NCBI GenBank assembly: GCA_022340345.1
Contig: JAJDOE010000033.1
Location: forward strand, 9,122-73,121
Origin: Gammaproteobacteria bacterium
GTDB lineage: Bacteria; Pseudomonadota; Gammaproteobacteria; HyVt-429
Length of the DNA: 64,000 nt
Direction of reading: 5' to 3'
The position numbers and the translations under genes are program-made. Position 1 is the first letter of the stretch. Each line of letters begins with the position of its first letter. Positions 59,501-64,000 of the stretch are shown piece after piece. The notes under the pieces were generated by a model that saw only the letters and a list, made by a program, of their open reading frames with translations, had not been told where the DNA came from and searched no databases.

Positions 59501-59641
59501 ACCCGGGTCCAGAACCCGGCTCGCCGCCAGTGCGGGCCGTAGCGGCCGTGGCGGCCGCGTCGCCGCCTCGCAGAGCGCGTTGGTTTGCGCTCGCTCTTCT
59601 CCTTCGGACTGACACCGGCGGCGCTTTGCTATCATCGCCGC

Positions 59642-61819
59642 GTGGATGTCACCCCGATCCTTGAAGGTCTGAACCCCGCCCAACGCGAAGCCGTAGCGGC
59701 CCCCGAGGGAAGCCAGCTGGTCCTTGCCGGCGCCGGTAGCGGCAAGACGCGGGTACTCACCCACCGGGTTGCCTGGCTGGTGGAGGCGCTGGGGGCGTCC
59801 CCCAACTCGATTCTCGCCGTGACCTTCACCAACAAGGCCGCCAATGAAATGCGTGGCCGTATCGAGACCCTGGTTCGCTACCCGGTGGGCGCAATGTGGA
59901 TCGGCACCTTTCACGGCCTTTCCCATCGCCTGCTGCGCACCCATTGGCGGGAAGCGGGACTGAAAGAAGGCTTCCAGATACTCGACAGCGAAGACCAGTT
60001 GCGGGTGGTGCGCCGGGTGCTTCGGCAGATGAACCTGGACGAGGACTTCTGGCAGCCGCGCAAGCTGCAGTGGTACATCAACCACCACAAGGAAGAAGGG
60101 CGCCGCCCCGGGACCCTGCAGGACAATGGTGACTCTCAGACCCAGCAGCAGGTGGAGGTTTACCGGCAATACGAAAAGTTCTGCCAGCGCTCTGGCCTGG
60201 TGGATTTCGCCGAGCTGTTGCTGCGTGCCTTCGAGCTGGTGCACAACAACGAACCACTACGGGACCTGTACCAGTCCCGTTTTCGCTACATCCTGGTGGA
60301 CGAGTTTCAGGACACCAACGCGATCCAGTACCGGTGGCTGAAAATTTTTGCCGGTGACAGCAACCACCTGTTTGTGGTCGGTGACGACGATCAGTCCATT
60401 TACGGCTGGCGCGGTGCGCGGGTGGAAAACATTCTTCGTTTTGAAAAGGACTATCCCGGGACCCGGGTCACCCGCCTGGAGCAGAACTACCGTTCCACCG
60501 GAAATATCCTCAGCGCCGCCAACGCGGTAATCGATCACAACGACGGCCGGCTGGGTAAGAAGCTGTGGACCGACGACGGGGCGGGCGCGCCAGTACGTTG
60601 CTACGCCGCCTTCAACGAAATCGACGAAGCACGCTTCGTGATTGATCGCATCAGCCAGTGGGTGGATCGCGGCAATCGCCGTGACGAAGTGGCCGTTTTG
60701 TATCGGTCCAACGCCCAGTCGCGGGTCTTCGAAGAAAGCCTGCTGGGATCTGGTATTCCGTATCGCGTTTACGGTGGTCTGCGCTTTTTCGAACGCGCGG
60801 AAATCAAGGATGCGCTGGCGTACCTGCGGCTGCTCAACAACCGTGACGACGATGCGTCCTTCGAAAGAGTGGTGAATCACCCGCCACGGGGAATTGGTAA
60901 CAAGACACTGGAAGCCGTTCGCGAGGCGGCGCGCTTCGGCGACACGTCACTCTGGCAGGCGGCGAAGTCCATCGTCACCGCGCGCAGCCTGTCGGCGCGG
61001 GCCAACAACGCGCTGACTGGCTTCACGGAACTGGTGGACCAGATGGCGCACAACGTGGACGGCCTGGAACTGGCCGAGACCGTGGAGAGGATGTTGCAGG
61101 CCAGCGGCTTGCTGGAACATTTTCGTAGCGAAAAGGGCGAAAAAGCGGAAGTTCGCGTGGAAAACCTGGAAGAACTGGTTTCCGCCGCGGGCAACTATGC
61201 ACCGGCACAGGATGACGAACTCGACCGCATGACGTCTTTCCTGTCACATGCCTCGCTGGAGGCCGGTGAGGGCCAGGCGGGCCAGTGGGAAGACTGCGTT
61301 CAGCTCATGAGCTTGCACGCGGCCAAGGGCCTGGAGTTCCCGGTGGTATTCCTCACGGGTCTCGAAGAAGGCCTGTTTCCACATCAGCGATCCATGGAGG
61401 AACCGGGGCGCCTGGAAGAGGAACGGCGCCTGTGCTACGTGGGAATGACGCGTGCCATGCGTGAACTGTACGTCTCGCACGCGGAAGTGCGCCGACTGCA
61501 TGGCAAGGAGCTGTACACCATGCCGAGCCGCTTCCTCGCCGAAATCCCCGAAAACCTGGTGGAGTCGGTGCGGGCCGCGCGCGTACGGGCCAGCCCGAGG
61601 CGCTGGCAGGGACCGGAAAACCGGATACCGCCCAGGCCGACTCCGGAGCCGCCGGAGACCGGCATGGGGCTGGGTGCCCGGGTGCGGCATAACAAGTTCG
61701 GTGATGGCATCATTACCAGCTACGAGGGCCAGGGAGAACACGCCCGCGTGCAGGTAAATTTCGAGGGCACCGGCAGCAAGTGGCTGGTGGTTGCCTACGC
61801 AGGCCTGCAGGCGCTTTAA
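59642..61819 (+). CDS. uvrD: DNA helicase II
   Basis: VDVTPILEGLNPAQREAVAAPEGSQLVLAGAGSGKTRVLTHRVAWL... is collinear with E. coli UvrD (MDVSYLLDSLNDKQREAV...); GTG start at 59642; 725 aa. Confidence 0.93.
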   Translation: MDVTPILEGLNPAQREAVAAPEGSQLVLAGAGSGKTRVLTHRVAWLVEALGASPNSILAVTFTNKAANEMRGRIETLVRYPVGAMWIGTFHGLSHRLLRTHWREAGLKEGFQILDSEDQLRVVRRVLRQMNLDEDFWQPRKLQWYINHHKEEGRRPGTLQDNGDSQTQQQVEVYRQYEKFCQRSGLVDFAELLLRAFELVHNNEPLRDLYQSRFRYILVDEFQDTNAIQYRWLKIFAGDSNHLFVVGDDDQSIYGWRGARVENILRFEKDYPGTRVTRLEQNYRSTGNILSAANAVIDHNDGRLGKKLWTDDGAGAPVRCYAAFNEIDEARFVIDRISQWVDRGNRRDEVAVLYRSNAQSRVFEESLLGSGIPYRVYGGLRFFERAEIKDALAYLRLLNNRDDDASFERVVNHPPRGIGNKTLEAVREAARFGDTSLWQAAKSIVTARSLSARANNALTGFTELVDQMAHNVDGLELAETVERMLQASGLLEHFRSEKGEKAEVRVENLEELVSAAGNYAPAQDDELDRMTSFLSHASLEAGEGQAGQWEDCVQLMSLHAAKGLEFPVVFLTGLEEGLFPHQRSMEEPGRLEEERRLCYVGMTRAMRELYVSHAEVRRLHGKELYTMPSRFLAEIPENLVESVRAARVRASPRRWQGPENRIPPRPTPEPPETGMGLGARVRHNKFGDGIITSYEGQGEHARVQVNFEGTGSKWLVVAYAGLQAL

Positions 61820-61867
61820 GTTGCGTTGTACCCGGGCGTTTACAATGGAAAAGATTGAGGTGGTCTC

Positions 61868-62473
61868 ATGTCGCGCCCTGTGCTGCTGCTGATCGCGGCC
61901 GCCGCCGGCTTCCTGCTGGCTTTTGGTGGCAATCTGTTGCTGGTCTACCTGTGGGGCGTGGCGGTCCCTGGCTGGGTCCCCGTGTTGGCCGCCTCGGTGG
62001 TTACGGCGATCGTCGCGGCGCGCTCAACCCGCCCGCAGGCGTCTCCTCCCGCGGCGCAGGTACCGCCTCCTCGTTCCGAGTCGCTGGACCCGGGTACCGG
62101 TGCCCTGAACGAGTCTGGTCTGGTGGCGGTGATCCTGGCGCTGATGTCCATCGCCAACCGTTACCAGCGACCGCTGTCGGTGGCAAGCCTGCGGCCGGGT
62201 GACCCGGCGACGGTGAGCCAGGTGGTAGACAGTTCGCTCCAGTCCCTGCGCACCACGGATCGGATCGGGCACTACGGCGAGGGCCTGTTGCTGGTGGTGA
62301 TGCCGGAAACCGACATCGACCAGGCCCGCATGGTGATTCAGCGTCTGCATGACGAGTTGCAGGAGCGTGCGCCGCTCAGTGCATTCGGTGTCGCCGGTTT
62401 CGATTCCGGTGATGACTTGCAGGCATTGCTGGCACGGGCAGAAGAGAACGTCAGCGCGGTAACGGAGCAGTGA
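61868..62473 (+). CDS. membrane protein with a degenerate/truncated GGDEF-like C-terminal domain
   Basis: Two N-terminal TM helices and a Pro-rich linker; C-terminal segment resembles the second half of a GGDEF domain but with GHYGEG in place of GG(D/E)EF. Confidence 0.5.
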   Translation: MSRPVLLLIAAAAGFLLAFGGNLLLVYLWGVAVPGWVPVLAASVVTAIVAARSTRPQASPPAAQVPPPRSESLDPGTGALNESGLVAVILALMSIANRYQRPLSVASLRPGDPATVSQVVDSSLQSLRTTDRIGHYGEGLLLVVMPETDIDQARMVIQRLHDELQERAPLSAFGVAGFDSGDDLQALLARAEENVSAVTEQ

Positions 62474-62585
62474 AACTAAATCGGGTCTTCGGCCGGGGTG
62501 GCGTGCTGGTGTGTTGGGATCCGGTTGCCATCGCGTCGGCGCCGCGCATGGAAAGTTGGTTTGGTTCACGCCGTGAGAACCTGCA

Positions 62586-62993
62586 TTGACCGGCCAGGAG
62601 TTCGAAGGCGGGTGTTTCTGTGGCGCGGTTCGCTTTGTGGTGGCGGCGCCAACCAAGTGGTGCGCCCATTGCCATTGCAGCATGTGCCGCCGCAGTCACG
62701 GGGCCGGCGCGGTGACCTGGGTCGGCGTGGAAAACAGCAACTTTCGAATTACCCAGGGCCGGGAGCGAATCGTCTGGTTTGCGTCGTCACCGCCAGCGCG
62801 GCGCGGTTTCTGTAGCCAATGCGGAACTACTTTTCTTTTCCAGTCACAACGATGGCCAACCGAGATGCACATTAGCCGCGCAAATTTTGACGGCGCCATC
62901 GATCGTGAGCCCTCCGGTCACGCCTATCCCGACGACCATGTGCCGTGGCTTCTCATTGACGGCGGCCCGGGGAGCGATGGAAAAAGAGCCTGA
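62586..62993 (+). CDS. GFA-family (glutathione-dependent formaldehyde-activating enzyme-like, CENP-V/Mss4-like) zinc protein
   Basis: GGCFCGAVRF...CHCSMCRR...CSQCG Cys pattern typical of GFA/DUF636 proteins; TTG start uncertain. Confidence 0.65.
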   Translation: MTGQEFEGGCFCGAVRFVVAAPTKWCAHCHCSMCRRSHGAGAVTWVGVENSNFRITQGRERIVWFASSPPARRGFCSQCGTTFLFQSQRWPTEMHISRANFDGAIDREPSGHAYPDDHVPWLLIDGGPGSDGKRA

Positions 62994-63255
62994 ACTCATT
63001 CGCGGACGCCGGATCTGGCTCGCCTTTGGCGCCGGCCTGCTGGTTCCGGCGACGGCCATCTGGTGGACGATCGTTTCGGGTTCCGAGTCTCCGGGTTGGT
63101 TGCCCGGGGGCGCCTGGGGAGACTTGGCGGTTGCGCTGGGATTTCCGGTCCTGGCCTACCTCATCGGACGCAAGGTGGGATCGCGTCCGCTGGTGATTTT
63201 TTCCCTGGCCCTGATTGTACTCGCCGCGCTGCTCACCCTGCTGCCATCGGACTAA
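62978..63255 (+). CDS. small membrane protein (hypothetical, 92 aa)
   Basis: ATG with a GGGAG RBS; two or three predicted TM helices; overlaps the 3' end of the GFA gene. Confidence 0.35.
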
Positions 63256-63257
63256 GC

Positions 63258-63677
63258 ATGGGCCGGGCGGCAACCGCGGGTCTGGCGACGGCGGTGTTTG
63301 CTGTGGTGCTGGCTGTTGCGGGACCGGCGAAAAGCACGGTCCGTTCCAATTCCGGCGCCGGTGAGCGGGTGGGATGTTTTGTGGACCAGGGCGACCCACA
63401 GGGCCTCGCGGGCCGTGATCTGGATGGGGCCGCAAGTCGCAACAATCCGCAGATGACTGTGCAACGCTGCCTGCGTTTCTGCGCCGTGATGGGGTTTCGG
63501 TACGCGGGCGTGCAGTACGCCAACTCCTGCTTCTGCGGTAACCAGTATGGCCAGTTCGGTGTCAGCTCGGCATGCGACATGCCTTGCGCCGGAGATCCGA
63601 CCCGAATCTGCGGCGGCACCTGGGCGAATACTGTCTTTAGGCTAAACGGCGAGCTTGGCTCGCTGTTTTCCGATTGA
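63258..63677 (+). CDS. secreted WSC-domain (carbohydrate-binding) protein
   Basis: Signal peptide, then a Cys pattern typical of WSC (CxxxC...GFRYAGVQYANSCFCGN...CDMPCAGD...CGGTWA); the C-terminal 13 aa are encoded by the first tandem-repeat unit. Confidence 0.7.
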   Translation: MGRAATAGLATAVFAVVLAVAGPAKSTVRSNSGAGERVGCFVDQGDPQGLAGRDLDGAASRNNPQMTVQRCLRFCAVMGFRYAGVQYANSCFCGNQYGQFGVSSACDMPCAGDPTRICGGTWANTVFRLNGELGSLFSD

Positions 63678-63798
63678 AAATCGTGCCAGCGATTTTCAAT
63701 CATTGGCCTAAACGAAGAGCTTGGCTCGCTGTTTTCCGATTGAAAATCGTGCCAGCGATTTTCAATCATTGGCCTAAACGAAGAGCTTGGCTCGCTGT
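63639..63798. repeat. 66-bp tandem direct repeat, ~2.4 copies, each unit containing a 12-bp inverted repeat (REP/MITE-like hairpins)
   Basis: Units begin at 63639, 63705, 63771 (GGCCTAAACGAAGAGCTTGGCTCGCTGTTTTCCGATTGAAAATCGTGCCAGCGATTTTCAATCATT); inner hairpin GATTGAAAATCG-tgccag-CGATTTTCAATC. Confidence 0.8.
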
Positions 63799-63804
63799 AC
63801 TCTT

Positions 63805-64000
63805 TTACAGGGTAGCGAATACGCGTTCCGCGGCCGCCAGCGTCAACCGGATTGATTCCTCGTCGTGGGCCGCGGAAACGAAACCGGCCTCGAAGGCCGA
63901 CGGCGCCAGATAAATTCCTTCCGCCAGCATGCCGTGAAAGAAACTGCGGAAACGTTCCAGATCACAGGCCATCACCTGCGAGAAGCGGGTGATGCTCGGT
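63805..64000 (-). CDS. hemL: glutamate-1-semialdehyde 2,1-aminomutase, C-terminal fragment (gene continues beyond the window)
   Basis: Minus-strand translation ...[48 protein letters not shown] aligns with the E. coli HemL C-terminus (...[26 protein letters not shown]...RVFAKL); stop TAA at 63805-63807. Confidence 0.85.
   Translation of the reverse strand, partial: PSITRFSQVMACDLERFRSFFHGMLAEGIYLAPSAFEAGFVSAAHDEESIRLTLAAAERVFATL

Noticed and set aside
63639-63798. Possible CRISPR array.
   Set aside because: The repeat units abut directly with no unique spacers, there are only ~2.4 copies, the unit length is 66 bp, and there are no cas genes. It is classed as a tandem/REP-like repeat instead.
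63674-63913. 79-aa ORF with a duplicated peptide MKIVPAIFNHWPKRRAWLAV...
   Set aside because: It is a read-through of the 66-bp tandem repeat (the repeated peptide is just the repeated DNA) and overlaps the hemL 3' end on the other strand.

Overview
This 64-kb window is high-GC (about 65%), gene-dense chromosomal DNA. It looks like a core-genome segment of a gammaproteobacterium; the gene order (glnA-ntrBC, glyQS-gmhB, pdxA-ksgA, argS followed by a SPOR protein) resembles Pseudomonas or Ectothiorhodospiraceae-type genomes. I see no rRNA or tRNA genes, no CRISPR array, and no transposase or integrase.

Housekeeping genes (about 70 CDS in all) recognised from their translated sequences:
- Central metabolism and C1/methyl cycle: acnA, metF, ahcY, metK, with a probable SAH riboswitch in the ahcY leader.
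- Nitrogen assimilation: glnA-ntrB-ntrC, with a sigma54 promoter and NtrC sites upstream of glnA.
- Translation and heptose synthesis: glyQ-glyS-gmhB, argS, and an EF-G paralog.
- Cell envelope and vitamin B6: pdxA-rsmA, glmU-glmS, and a type IV pilin.
- Iron export, lipid and polyamine genes: fetAB, dgkA, speE, speA, speD.
- DNA replication and repair: priA, uvrD.
- Efflux and detoxification: a TetR-regulated RND pump, preceded by a VOC, nitroreductase and MBL-fold trio.
- The 3' end of hemL at the window edge.

Observations that stand out:
1. The best candidate for an undescribed system is a tightly overlapping three-gene operon: a MnmA/ThiI-superfamily PP-loop ATPase, a TusA-like sulfur carrier (CPxP motif) and a CDF metal transporter. 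The start/stop codons overlap as ATGA and GTGA, and an intrinsic-terminator-like hairpin sits in the 5' leader.
2. The pilin gene is translationally coupled to a small upstream membrane protein with a HAMP-like domain. A degenerate partial copy of that upstream gene lies just downstream of the pilin.
3. An RRM-type glycine-rich RNA-binding protein has a roughly 320-nt leader and a GGN repeat tract.
4. Upstream of priA there is an inverted pair of DnaA-box-like sequences.
5. A FusA2-type EF-G paralog is paired with a small membrane protein.
6. A 66-bp tandem repeat (about 2.4 copies, each with a 12-bp inverted repeat) sits at the junction between the convergent WSC-domain gene and hemL.

All calls rest on reading the translated ORFs and the raw sequence. 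No database searches were run.
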